Positions 18,860 to 27,560 of a stretch of 64,000 bases of DNA are shown one piece after another (within the stretch, counting starts at the first letter, position 1; every line of letters starts with the position of its first letter). A model generated the notes under the pieces. That model did not search any database. It saw nothing but the letters and a program-made list of their open reading frames with translations, and was not told the origin of the DNA. The position numbers and the translations under genes were made by a program. The stretch comes from Planctomycetota bacterium (GTDB lineage: Bacteria > Planctomycetota > PLA2 > JAEUHO01): NCBI GenBank assembly GCA_965222115.1, contig CBDCTJ010000007.1, forward strand, positions 1,600,001-1,664,000. The letters are read 5' to 3'.

Positions 18860-20361
18860 GTCGCTCGCTCGTCATTCTCACGTGCGTGCTCGTGGGGGGC
18901 GTTGTGTTGGTGTTGGGCGCATTGATTCTTCAATGGATCGCCGCCGATGATCGCGCCATGGATCTTCGCCAAGCCGAACGCATTCAACAGTCAACCGAAA
19001 GCGAGATGAAAGTGCTCGCGAAGCGACTCGTGGAGGAGTCGAGCGAGCTTGCCAAGGGCGTGAGTCGCCATCGCGATGAGGCGCTTCGGGAGTGGCTGGA
19101 GCAGGAACCCCTGGCGCTGTACCGCGAGGCGAGCAATCCGGATGTTGTTGATGTAGAGGCATTGATCAATGACCTGATTCCGCGGCTGCGTCTGTGGGGA
19201 CGCGACGAGCAAGATCGCGTGGCGCTCTTGGTGGACCGGCTGGAATTGGTTGGGGACCGCCGCATTGAGACGGCGATGTCGGAGCTTAGTGCGCAGGCCG
19301 CTGCGGATCGCGGACGCGCTCGTGAGCAACGAAGCCGTCGATTGACGTCGCGATTGCTCTGGCTGTTGCTGGGGATGGCCACGCTACTGGCGCTTGCACT
19401 GTGGCGACTGGTGGCGCGCCCGGTTGAACAGACCCGTCGATCCGTGAGACGCATTGCCAGTGGCGACTTGAGTACGCCCGTGGACGTGCCCACGCACGGT
19501 GCGCGTGAGTTTCAGTCGCTTGCCACGGATGTTGAGTCGATGCGTACGCAACTCAAGGCAAGTACCGAGGGTCTCGAACAAGAAGTCGCGCGCAAGACCG
19601 CCTCGCTACAACAGAGTCTTGAGGCGCGCACCAAGACGTTGGATGAACTGAAAGAGACGCAACAACGACTTGTTCAAGCCGCAAAGATGGCAGGGCTTGG
19701 CACCCTGGCCGGAGGGTTGGCCCACGAGTTCAACAACCTGATCGGCGGCGTTCTCGGTTGCATAGAGAATGCCATGGCAGAAACCACGCAATCCGATGTG
19801 AAAGAAGATTTGGTTGTGGCCAAGCGCACTGCGCAGCGAGCCACGAAGTTGGTTCAGGCATTACTTGATGTTGCGCGACCCGGCGACCGCGAGATGACGG
19901 CGGTGTCGCTGCGCGAAATTGCCGATGACGTGGTGCGCGCCGCGCGTCCCACCGCAGCACGCGACGGAAAATCGATCGAGTGGGAGACGCAGGATGAGGC
20001 CGTTGTGCTCGGTGATGCGGGCCAACTCCACCAAGTCACCCTCAATCTGCTTACAAATGCCCTGCAGCACGCCCAACCCGGTGGACGTGTCGTCGTCTCC
20101 ACGATGACGTCTGGCGGTGACGCCGTGGTGCGCGTTCAGGATGATGGCCCGGGCATCCCCGTGGAGCTTCGCGAGCGCATATTCGAGCCCTTCTATACGA
20201 CTCGGCCGGAGGGTACCGGCTTGGGTCTTTTTGTGTCGTATGGCATCGCAGAGCGCCACGGAGGCGCTATTTCGGTCATCGAGGTGCCCATCGGCGCGTG
20301 CGTGGAACTCCGAATCCCGCGCCACCAGCAGTCCACGCGGCCGTCCGACTCCGGAGATTGA
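18856..20361 (+). CDS. HAMP-domain sensor histidine kinase (NtrB-like)
   Basis: Two TM helices, HAMP, H-box LAHEFNN, N-box NLLTNA, DDGPGI, IFEPFYTT, GTGLGL. Confidence 0.93.
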   Translation: MSRSLVILTCVLVGGVVLVLGALILQWIAADDRAMDLRQAERIQQSTESEMKVLAKRLVEESSELAKGVSRHRDEALREWLEQEPLALYREASNPDVVDVEALINDLIPRLRLWGRDEQDRVALLVDRLELVGDRRIETAMSELSAQAAADRGRAREQRSRRLTSRLLWLLLGMATLLALALWRLVARPVEQTRRSVRRIASGDLSTPVDVPTHGAREFQSLATDVESMRTQLKASTEGLEQEVARKTASLQQSLEARTKTLDELKETQQRLVQAAKMAGLGTLAGGLAHEFNNLIGGVLGCIENAMAETTQSDVKEDLVVAKRTAQRATKLVQALLDVARPGDREMTAVSLREIADDVVRAARPTAARDGKSIEWETQDEAVVLGDAGQLHQVTLNLLTNALQHAQPGGRVVVSTMTSGGDAVVRVQDDGPGIPVELRERIFEPFYTTRPEGTGLGLFVSYGIAERHGGAISVIEVPIGACVELRIPRHQQSTRPSDSGD

Positions 20362-20443
20362 CTGGCTACAACAGGTGTCTGGCGCGGCAGTTGCGTTTCC
20401 CTCGGCTGACCTCTCCCTCAGCTGACCAAGGCAAGGAGTCCCC

Positions 20444-21355
20444 ATGGAACCGGCACGCTCCCGTCCTCCCGCACCCTCATCCAGCTACGATCAACCCACG
20501 CTGAGTCGATTGGGGCAGCCCACGGTACTGGTAATCGACGATGAGGAGTCGATGCGTTACTCGCTTGCGCGCGGCCTTCGGCGTGAGGGCTTTACGTGCG
20601 TCACGTCTGAGACGGGTCGCGCGGGTGTTGATCGGTTCATGGATGGCGGCATCGACGCGGTGCTCACCGACGTTCGGCTGCCCGACCTGTCGGGGATCGA
20701 TATTGTCTCTGTGTTGGGCGAAATCAATCCCGATGTGCCGGTCATTGTTATGACCGGTTACGGCACGATGGACACGGCCCTTGAAGTCATGCGTCGCGGT
20801 GCCGTGGACTTTGTCGCCAAGCCCCTCGTCGTGGAAGATGTCATTCGCACCATTTCGCGCGCCATCGAAGAACGGCGCAGTAAACACGAGAATCGCCGAT
20901 TGCGCGCAATCGTTGAGCGCACCATGTCGCCCGAGAAGTTCCGCGCCGTGCAAGACGAACTGGCGGCCCGCGATGTCTCCGCCACCCACAATGTGCCGCC
21001 GACACATATCAACCGGGCGATATCACAGAATGGCTACTCTGCATCTCCATCACAAGGGACCGATGCCCAGACACCTACGCGGCGTGAAGTCGATGCCAAG
21101 ATTACGGAGCGCACGTTTCGCGCCGCCATGCCGGTGACGCCGTCGGGTCAGCCCTGGCCCCTTCGAGATGCCGTGCGACTCTTTGAAACGGCCTATGTGA
21201 AGGACTTGCTTCGACGTGCCGAAGGCAATATTGCCGCTGCGTCCCGTCTGGCGGGCATTAGCCGCCCCAACTTTCACAAGAAGCTAAAGAACCTGGATGT
21301 GGATGCACAGCCGTTCAAAGATGCCGCAAAACGTGGACGGTCGCAGTCCATGTAG
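20444..21355 (+). CDS. Response regulator with receiver domain and Fis-type HTH, no AAA+ domain
   Basis: Receiver motifs VLVIDDE, LTDVRLP, MTGYG, FVAKP; C-terminal FETAYVKDLL...GNIAAASRLAGISRPNFHKKL. Confidence 0.9.
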   Translation: MEPARSRPPAPSSSYDQPTLSRLGQPTVLVIDDEESMRYSLARGLRREGFTCVTSETGRAGVDRFMDGGIDAVLTDVRLPDLSGIDIVSVLGEINPDVPVIVMTGYGTMDTALEVMRRGAVDFVAKPLVVEDVIRTISRAIEERRSKHENRRLRAIVERTMSPEKFRAVQDELAARDVSATHNVPPTHINRAISQNGYSASPSQGTDAQTPTRREVDAKITERTFRAAMPVTPSGQPWPLRDAVRLFETAYVKDLLRRAEGNIAAASRLAGISRPNFHKKLKNLDVDAQPFKDAAKRGRSQSM

Positions 21356-21458
21356 TCATCTCAGAGACGCCCCGTACCCTTTCTGCTGACGTTGCGGGGT
21401 GTCCACGGCGTTACCCAGTGGATACGTTTTCGCTGACTGAGATTGCGCGGAGGGCTCA

Positions 21459-22535
21459 ATGCGCGGACTGATTGTTTTGCTCCTTTTGGCGCTCGTGGGA
21501 TGCGGGCTGTGGCTTTTGCTTGCGGAGGATGGGAGCGACGTCGTGCTCTACTGCGGCGTGGACCAAGATCAAAGTCGACCGATGGTCATGAGCTACGAAA
21601 AAGCCACCGGAACAAGCGTTGATTACGTCGGCGAAACCGAAGCGATGCGCAGTGTGGGTTTGCCCCAAAAGCTGCTTCTTGAAAAAGATCGCCCGCACGC
21701 CGATGTGTACTGGTCCAACGAGATCATGCACATGGTGCATCTCGCCGATGTTGGCGTGATCGACGCATTGCCGGATGGATTGGCATCTCAGTTTCCCGAA
21801 GCCTGGCGCGATCCCAAGGGTCGTTTCATTCAGTTTGGCGCGCGAGCGCGCGTGCTCATGATCAATACCGAACTGTTGCCCGATCCTAAGGATCATCCAA
21901 CGTCGATCCGCGATCTGTTGAATCCTAAATACGCCGAGATGGGGCTCGTTACGTGCATGGCGCGACCCACAACCGGTACGTCCTACACGCATGCGGTCGC
22001 ACTTCTCACGAACGATGAACAAGGCACGCGCGCGTTTTACAAAGACATCATGGCGCACGCGTCCAAGGGGCACCTAAAGCTCGTGGAGTCCAACGGCCAA
22101 GTCATGCGCATGGTGCGTGAGTCGGGTCCCGACAGCCAAACCAAGGTGGCCTTTGGATTGACCGACACCGATGATGCGTGGATTGCATTGTCCGAGCTCG
22201 GCGCGAAGGCGGTTATCGTGTATCCGGATCAGGCGGACGAAGAATTTGGCGCGGTGCTGATACCCAATACGGCGGGACTCATCCGCGGGAGCGCAAACCG
22301 CGCGACCGGTGAGAAGCTCCTTCGTTGGCTTGCAAGCGAGGACGTCGAGGCCCAACTTGCCGCAAGTCGGTCCGCCCAAATTCCCGTACGTCCCGGCGTG
22401 TCCGTGCCGAAGGATGGTCACGTCAAACGCCCCGGCATCGATTTTCGTGCCGCGCGAATCGACTGGTACGCCGTAGGGGCCAATGTGGACCGCTGGCGCG
22501 ACGAACTCACCCGCACGTTTCGTCCGGCGAAGTAG
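21459..22535 (+). CDS. ABC transporter substrate-binding protein, Fe(III)/AfuA-FutA-like
   Basis: N-terminal hydrophobic anchor; EKDRPHADVYWSNE, RARVL.INT, GLTDTDD, LIPNTAGLI. Confidence 0.8.
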   Translation: MRGLIVLLLLALVGCGLWLLLAEDGSDVVLYCGVDQDQSRPMVMSYEKATGTSVDYVGETEAMRSVGLPQKLLLEKDRPHADVYWSNEIMHMVHLADVGVIDALPDGLASQFPEAWRDPKGRFIQFGARARVLMINTELLPDPKDHPTSIRDLLNPKYAEMGLVTCMARPTTGTSYTHAVALLTNDEQGTRAFYKDIMAHASKGHLKLVESNGQVMRMVRESGPDSQTKVAFGLTDTDDAWIALSELGAKAVIVYPDQADEEFGAVLIPNTAGLIRGSANRATGEKLLRWLASEDVEAQLAASRSAQIPVRPGVSVPKDGHVKRPGIDFRAARIDWYAVGANVDRWRDELTRTFRPAK

Positions 22536-22629
22536 ATTTCGAGCACACGCTGCTGCGCGTAACTTCGCTTGCGGCCCATGAAACATGGGGAAATCCCGTG
22601 GCGTCGAGTACCGTGTGCGCCGCAACTGC

Positions 22630-22702
22630 GCCCCCATCGTCCAGTGGTCTAGGACACCGGCCTTTCAAGCCGGAGACACGGGTTCGAACCCCGTTGGGGG
22701 TA
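22630..22702 (+). tRNA. tRNA-Glu (anticodon TTC), CCA not encoded
   Basis: Acceptor stem GCCCCCA/TGGGGGT, D-loop AGTGGTCTAGGAC, anticodon arm CCGGC-CTTTCAA-GCCGG, T-loop GGTTCGAAC. Confidence 0.97.
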
Positions 22703-23012
22703 TTTCGAGTGTGGATGGTTTCTGTTTCGGTCGGAAGTGCGGACCGATGGATGCTCGGTCCTGCACGCACTCGTCAAGGCTCGCGTGACAAAGCCACGCC
22801 ACGCTTTCCTCATGCGCACATTACCTTCGCCCCAACGATCCGATTGCGAGCGGACGGTGCTTAAGACTTGCAGCGGCGAATCACAAGACCCGGGACGCTT
22901 CAGTCGCCGCGGCTTGGGTGAGTAGAACGGTTGGTAGTGTTAAGCGGATAGGCGTGACGGACGGTGCTACGCGCTACATATTCTAAGGGGAGCGCGTGCT
23001 CGCGAATTCTTG

Positions 23013-23065
23013 CTCCCCCTTCTCCCGAAGGGAGAGAGTAGACACGACTTTGGGAGAGGGGGGAG
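23013..23065. repeat. REP-like palindrome CTCCCCCTTCTCCC...GGGAGAGGGGGGAG
   Basis: 14-nt arms with one mismatch; TGGGAGAGGGGGG recurs at 59411-59423. Confidence 0.6.
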
Positions 23066-23131
23066 TAGGAGAAGACGCGCTTTACCCGACCTCACCAAGT
23101 AACCGGCGTCAAGTCACGCCAAAGATTCAGA

Positions 23132-23827
23132 TCAACTTTGAGGCAGCGTACGCACACGCATCCCATGCTCTTCTTGCGAACTGATGACGTGCAGCTCGTG
23201 GCGGAGGCGGCGGCCGAGGGTTCGGGCGGAGAGGGGGTGGTGGGCGCAAATGAGGACGCGGTTTTCCCAGGCGTCGAGGGTGAGGACGACGGCGTGGGGG
23301 AAAGGTGTGCGGAGGGTGTGGAGGAGGTCGGTCCAGGGGATGCCGGGTACGGGCAATACGTTGGTGACGCAAACGCCGTCTGGAGTGAGTTGGGTTGCCA
23401 TGCATGCGGGCAGTGCGTCTATGGAAACCGGCGGCTTGGTGAGTTCGCCGTTTACGTCGGCGGAGAGATCTTCAAGGATCAAGTCGAAGGGCTGCGTTTC
23501 TTTGCGAAGCCACTTGAGTGCATCGGCTTGAACGAGCGAAACCTCGCCACACCACGCGTCACACAGTTCGCGAAAGATGGGCTCGCCTTCAAGTGACAGA
23601 TCAACGCCGTGAATTGCGTGCCAACAGCCCATCGCTCGTAGGGGCGCGATCAGTCCGCCTCCGGCAAATCCCAGCATGGCCACGCGCGGTCCCGGCGAAA
23701 GACCGGCAATCGTGGCGGCCAACACATCGAAGAGTGAGTGGGTTGGACCGGGGCGGCTGCGAATCTCGCTGAGGACACAGCCGCCTTCTTCCATGCGCAC
23801 GCCGTGGCGCGTTTTGACGACCCTCAT
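23132..23827 (-). CDS. Class I SAM-dependent methyltransferase, spermidine synthase-like
   Basis: Motifs VAMLGFAGGG, GVDLS, ADALKWL, FDLILEDL. ATG 23827 overlaps the upstream stop (ATGA). Confidence 0.8.
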   Translation of the reverse strand: MRVVKTRHGVRMEEGGCVLSEIRSRPGPTHSLFDVLAATIAGLSPGPRVAMLGFAGGGLIAPLRAMGCWHAIHGVDLSLEGEPIFRELCDAWCGEVSLVQADALKWLRKETQPFDLILEDLSADVNGELTKPPVSIDALPACMATQLTPDGVCVTNVLPVPGIPWTDLLHTLRTPFPHAVVLTLDAWENRVLICAHHPLSARTLGRRLRHELHVISSQEEHGMRVRTLPQS

Positions 23828-24912
23828 TCGCCCGCTCGTTTCCAAAACCACTGGTGCGGCGGTCGGGGACGTAGTCCAACGCGCGCACGGGCATCGGTTT
23901 CGAAGCCATCCATCCATGCTTTTTGTGCGCGTTGCAACCGGACTCGCACGCCGTCGGGATCGGGCATTTTGCCGTAGATCATCGGGTCCATTCGTTTGAC
24001 ATATGCCTTCAGGAGTACGACGGCGTCATTGTCTCCTTCCAAGAACTTGTGATTGGGAATCGTATCTACGCGTCGCTTAAGTTCATTCGCGTCGCGCGGC
24101 TTGCCATGCCAAAGGGATAGAGCGAGCTTTTCCGTCGCAATCAATTCATCGAAAAACTGATCCGCCGCCGACTGTGCTCCGGCCGATGCCATGACTGGCA
24201 CCTGCTTGGCCAAACAGAATCCTGCACCGAGTACCGCGAGAACGGCGAGTCCCGTTGCGACTCCGTTCAGTTGATCTCGCGCCGGAAGTAGGAATACCAA
24301 AGTGCCGCCGCCGGCGGCCGCCACCACCATGGGCCATGGGTCACTTAGTGCGTTGGCTTCATCCGAGTCGGGCAAGTTGTGGGTGAACGCCCAATGGAGG
24401 ATGGCAAATATGACAAACGTCACGAAACACGATCGACGTACGGCCTTTCCGTCGGGCCCTGCGCGGATGCCCCACGCAAAGAGACCGCCCAACAAGGCAA
24501 CCACGGTTAAGAACCCGTGTGTTTGAGAAAAGACAGAATCGGGATGGCGATAGGCATGAAATGCCGCCGCGGCAGCGCCTCCAACCAACAGTACGACAAG
24601 CGTACGTGCCGCTCCTACGCGCATGAGCAACTGCGATCCCACGCTCCATGCGATCCACAGGGCAAAGATGAACCCTAACAACGATTGGAATAGCCAAATC
24701 GACGAGCCGATGCGCCACCACGCGCCTTCACCAACGACGCGATCCGGTATGGACGCGCCAAAACGGCTAAGCACCGACGCATCGGGCGTACCGGTTGCAA
24801 GCAACGGTCGGCCCGAAAATGGCTGACCGCTTTGCAGCAACATCCAGCCGTAGAGCGCGGCCCACACCAGGCAAATCACGACAAGAGGAAGACGAGGTTT
24901 GGTGCCAATCAT
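23824..24912 (-). CDS. Rhomboid-like membrane protein, probably non-catalytic, with a C-terminal soluble domain
   Basis: L.RFGA...V..GAWWRI L1-loop signature and G..L....GAAR pattern, about 6-7 TM helices. HxxxN and GxSG motifs are not recognisable. Confidence 0.65.
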   Translation of the reverse strand: MIGTKPRLPLVVICLVWAALYGWMLLQSGQPFSGRPLLATGTPDASVLSRFGASIPDRVVGEGAWWRIGSSIWLFQSLLGFIFALWIAWSVGSQLLMRVGAARTLVVLLVGGAAAAAFHAYRHPDSVFSQTHGFLTVVALLGGLFAWGIRAGPDGKAVRRSCFVTFVIFAILHWAFTHNLPDSDEANALSDPWPMVVAAAGGGTLVFLLPARDQLNGVATGLAVLAVLGAGFCLAKQVPVMASAGAQSAADQFFDELIATEKLALSLWHGKPRDANELKRRVDTIPNHKFLEGDNDAVVLLKAYVKRMDPMIYGKMPDPDGVRVRLQRAQKAWMDGFETDARARVGLRPRPPHQWFWKRAGE

Positions 24913-25817
24913 GATGCAGCTCGCGGATGGGCTTGCTTGTACACCGTCATCAAGTGATCCAATGTGAGATGCGTATATACCTGTGTGCTTGCCACACTCT
25001 TGTGTCCGAGTAGTTCCTGCACTTCGCGCAGATTGGCGCCAGCTTCAAGTAAATGCGTCGCAAAGCTGTGACGCAGCGTGTGGGGGCTGATGGAACGCGT
25101 CAATCCGGACACGCGCACGCGCTTTTCAAGCAAACGCGCAATGCCACGTGTACTCAAGCGTTTCCCGAAGCGATTGAGAAAAACGGGGCGAGGTGCAACA
25201 CGAATGCCACTCTTCTTGATCGCCTTGAAATAGTGATCCAGTGCCTCGAGGCAGGGACGACCGAGTCCTGCTAGGCGCTCCTTGCGTCCCTTGCCGCGCA
25301 GCAGCACCGTGCCGTCGTGGGTGTCTAGGTCGCCCATGTCCATCGCTGCCAGTTCAGCGAGACGCGCACCTGACGAGTAGAACGTCTCCAGCACTGCACG
25401 ATCTCTACAGCCTTGCCATGTGTCGGAGGTTGGCGCGCTGAGCAACTGATTGATTTCCTCTCGCGTTAACACGTCCGGTAGCGTGCGTCGTTTTCGAGGT
25501 TGCCGCAATCCCTCTGCGGGATTGGACCCAATGTGGCCCTCGCTCGACAGCCAACCAAAAAACGCGCGAATTGCGCTCACTTTTCGCGCGATGGTTCGCG
25601 GCGCCAGCTTGCGTTCACCAAGGGTTACGACGAACTTGCGCAGTGCGAATAGGTCCACCGCATCAACCGACGTAGCACCGAAGGTCGCGAGCCCGCGCGC
25701 AAGTTCATGCAAGTCACCCTGATATGCCCGCACAGTGTGAGACGAGAGATTTCGAACGCCCTCGATATAGACAAGAAAATCGTGTACAGCGTCCGTTGTG
25801 GATGATGCGCGGCTCAT
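24909..25817 (-). CDS. xerC: Tyrosine recombinase XerC/XerD
   Basis: Motifs SSHTVRAY..DL, RKVSAIRAFF, RDRAVLETFYSSGARLAEL, GKGRKER, HTLRHSFATHLL, VQELLGH, TQVYTH. Confidence 0.9.
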   Translation of the reverse strand: MSRASSTTDAVHDFLVYIEGVRNLSSHTVRAYQGDLHELARGLATFGATSVDAVDLFALRKFVVTLGERKLAPRTIARKVSAIRAFFGWLSSEGHIGSNPAEGLRQPRKRRTLPDVLTREEINQLLSAPTSDTWQGCRDRAVLETFYSSGARLAELAAMDMGDLDTHDGTVLLRGKGRKERLAGLGRPCLEALDHYFKAIKKSGIRVAPRPVFLNRFGKRLSTRGIARLLEKRVRVSGLTRSISPHTLRHSFATHLLEAGANLREVQELLGHKSVASTQVYTHLTLDHLMTVYKQAHPRAAS

Positions 25818-27310
25818 GTGGGATCCTCGCGACCCGCCAGCGCCGCAAATAGCCCCTTGCCTTTGTCCAGTGTTTCGCGCCACTCGTCGACTGGATCGCT
25901 GGCAAGGGTGATGCCGCCGCCAACGCGGTACGTTGCGCGAGATCCCGATACGAGAATCGTTCGAATCGCCACACTTAGATCCATGCCACCCGCGGCATCC
26001 AGCCAACCGAGCGCACCGCAATACGGTCCGCGTCCTTCGCCTTCCAGCTCGTCAATGATCTCCATGGCGCGCACTTTGGGCGCACCCGTGACGCTACCTG
26101 GCGGAAACGCTGCAATCAACGCATCGATACGATCCAGTCCTTTACGCAGGCGTCCTTGTACGACGCCTATCGCTTGATGCACACGGGCGAAACGAATCAG
26201 CTTACGCGCCTGCAACACACGAATCGTGCCCGATGTGCAACTTCGTGCGAGATCATTGCGAGACAGATCAACAATCATGGCCAGTTCCGCGCGGTCCTTT
26301 TCGCTCATCTCTAACGCGCGTCGAAGTTCGCGATCTTCCTTGCGTGTCTTGCCGCGCGGGCGCGTGCCCTTCATGGGATCCGTCTCGACTGTGCGTCCGC
26401 GCACACGCAAAAAGCGTTCGGGACTGGCCGAGAGAATCGCGCGGTCGTCACCGAGCTCGAGGTAGGTCATGTACGGCGCCGGTTGCGACTCGGCGAGTCG
26501 TTCGAACAACACATGGGGTGGCGCGTGCACACGGGCGTCAAAGCGTTGGGAGATGTTGGACTGGAAAATGTCGCCTCGCAGCACAGCTTGCTTGGCCGCA
26601 CGAATCAGTGAGGTGTACTCGTTCCGTGGCACCGCGGGTTGGGGCGACGTGTTTGGTGGAGATGCTGCGTCCATCGACTTGCCGTGAGTTTTGGCTTTTG
26701 CAACGCGTTTTGCGATGCGTCGGAGACGTTGGGCAGCATCTCGCTCGTTGGCTCCCAATGTGCAAACGAACGCAACGTTTGAGCGATGATTCCACGCCAC
26801 AACATGTTGATAGAATCCGAACCATAGCGCCGGAAACCCCAGCGGACTTCGACGCACCTTTGGTTTGCTCTCAATACCTGAACGGGCCTCATAGCCGAGC
26901 ACACCAGCCCAGCCGCCAATAAATGGCACGCCCTTTCGATCGCCCTTCATGTTGTCCGGGCGGAGTGGATCCAACGCGCGTTCAAGTGTGCGCCTGGAAC
27001 GAATGGTCCTGACCGTGGTAACGTCCGTGGGCCCCCAGCTTAGGAATGACCACGGCGTTCCCCGCGCGCCCCCGCCTGACGCGTGTCGGAGAAATACATG
27101 GGCTTCGGACGCGACCGCACGAAACACGTCAAGCGGAGGCGGGCAGTCACGGAGGGGCTCGACGGCGCAGTGCCATGCCCGCGAATTCGCATGTGGTTGG
27201 TTCACGGCGCTTTGCGCCGCCACGCGCGACATGTCAGGCCGACCGCGGGTGGTGCGCACACCTTTCGCCGTCGCTTGCGGGGACTTGAGGTTGCGAGTCG
27301 AGCGAGGCAC
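25814..27310 (-). CDS. pabB: Aminodeoxychorismate synthase component I (PabB/TrpE family)
   Basis: Motifs PFIGGWAG.LGYE, GDIFQ.N, SASPERFL, PMKGTRPRG, EL.MIVDL.RNDL, FPPGSVTGAPKVRAM, SVAIRT, GGGI. Confidence 0.88.
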   Translation of the reverse strand: MPRSTRNLKSPQATAKGVRTTRGRPDMSRVAAQSAVNQPHANSRAWHCAVEPLRDCPPPLDVFRAVASEAHVFLRHASGGGARGTPWSFLSWGPTDVTTVRTIRSRRTLERALDPLRPDNMKGDRKGVPFIGGWAGVLGYEARSGIESKPKVRRSPLGFPALWFGFYQHVVAWNHRSNVAFVCTLGANERDAAQRLRRIAKRVAKAKTHGKSMDAASPPNTSPQPAVPRNEYTSLIRAAKQAVLRGDIFQSNISQRFDARVHAPPHVLFERLAESQPAPYMTYLELGDDRAILSASPERFLRVRGRTVETDPMKGTRPRGKTRKEDRELRRALEMSEKDRAELAMIVDLSRNDLARSCTSGTIRVLQARKLIRFARVHQAIGVVQGRLRKGLDRIDALIAAFPPGSVTGAPKVRAMEIIDELEGEGRGPYCGALGWLDAAGGMDLSVAIRTILVSGSRATYRVGGGITLASDPVDEWRETLDKGKGLFAALAGREDPT

Positions 27311-27560
27311 ACGGCGGATTGTAGGTGTCTACATGCAGTACCCCGCGAGCTCCGTGTCTCGTTGGCGCAATTGACTATCAATACACAAACAAGTGGATCG
27401 GCTTGCCCATAGTTTTGGGGACTGACGGCCACCTACGTGGCCAGCGAATCGTCTAGGATAGGCGCGCCGGCTGCGTGAGCCGCCGGAGGCAGTTCCGGAC
27501 TGCCCCATTGCCATGGCGCGTGTTTGTGTCACGGCAAAGTCAGCAACGTTGGAGGTTCCC

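Noticed and set aside
22630-25817. Tyrosine recombinase near tRNA-Glu as a possible integrative element or prophage
   Set aside because: The protein has housekeeping XerC/D features and sits inside an operon with pabB. I saw no duplicated tRNA 3' end (att site) and no phage or conjugation genes.
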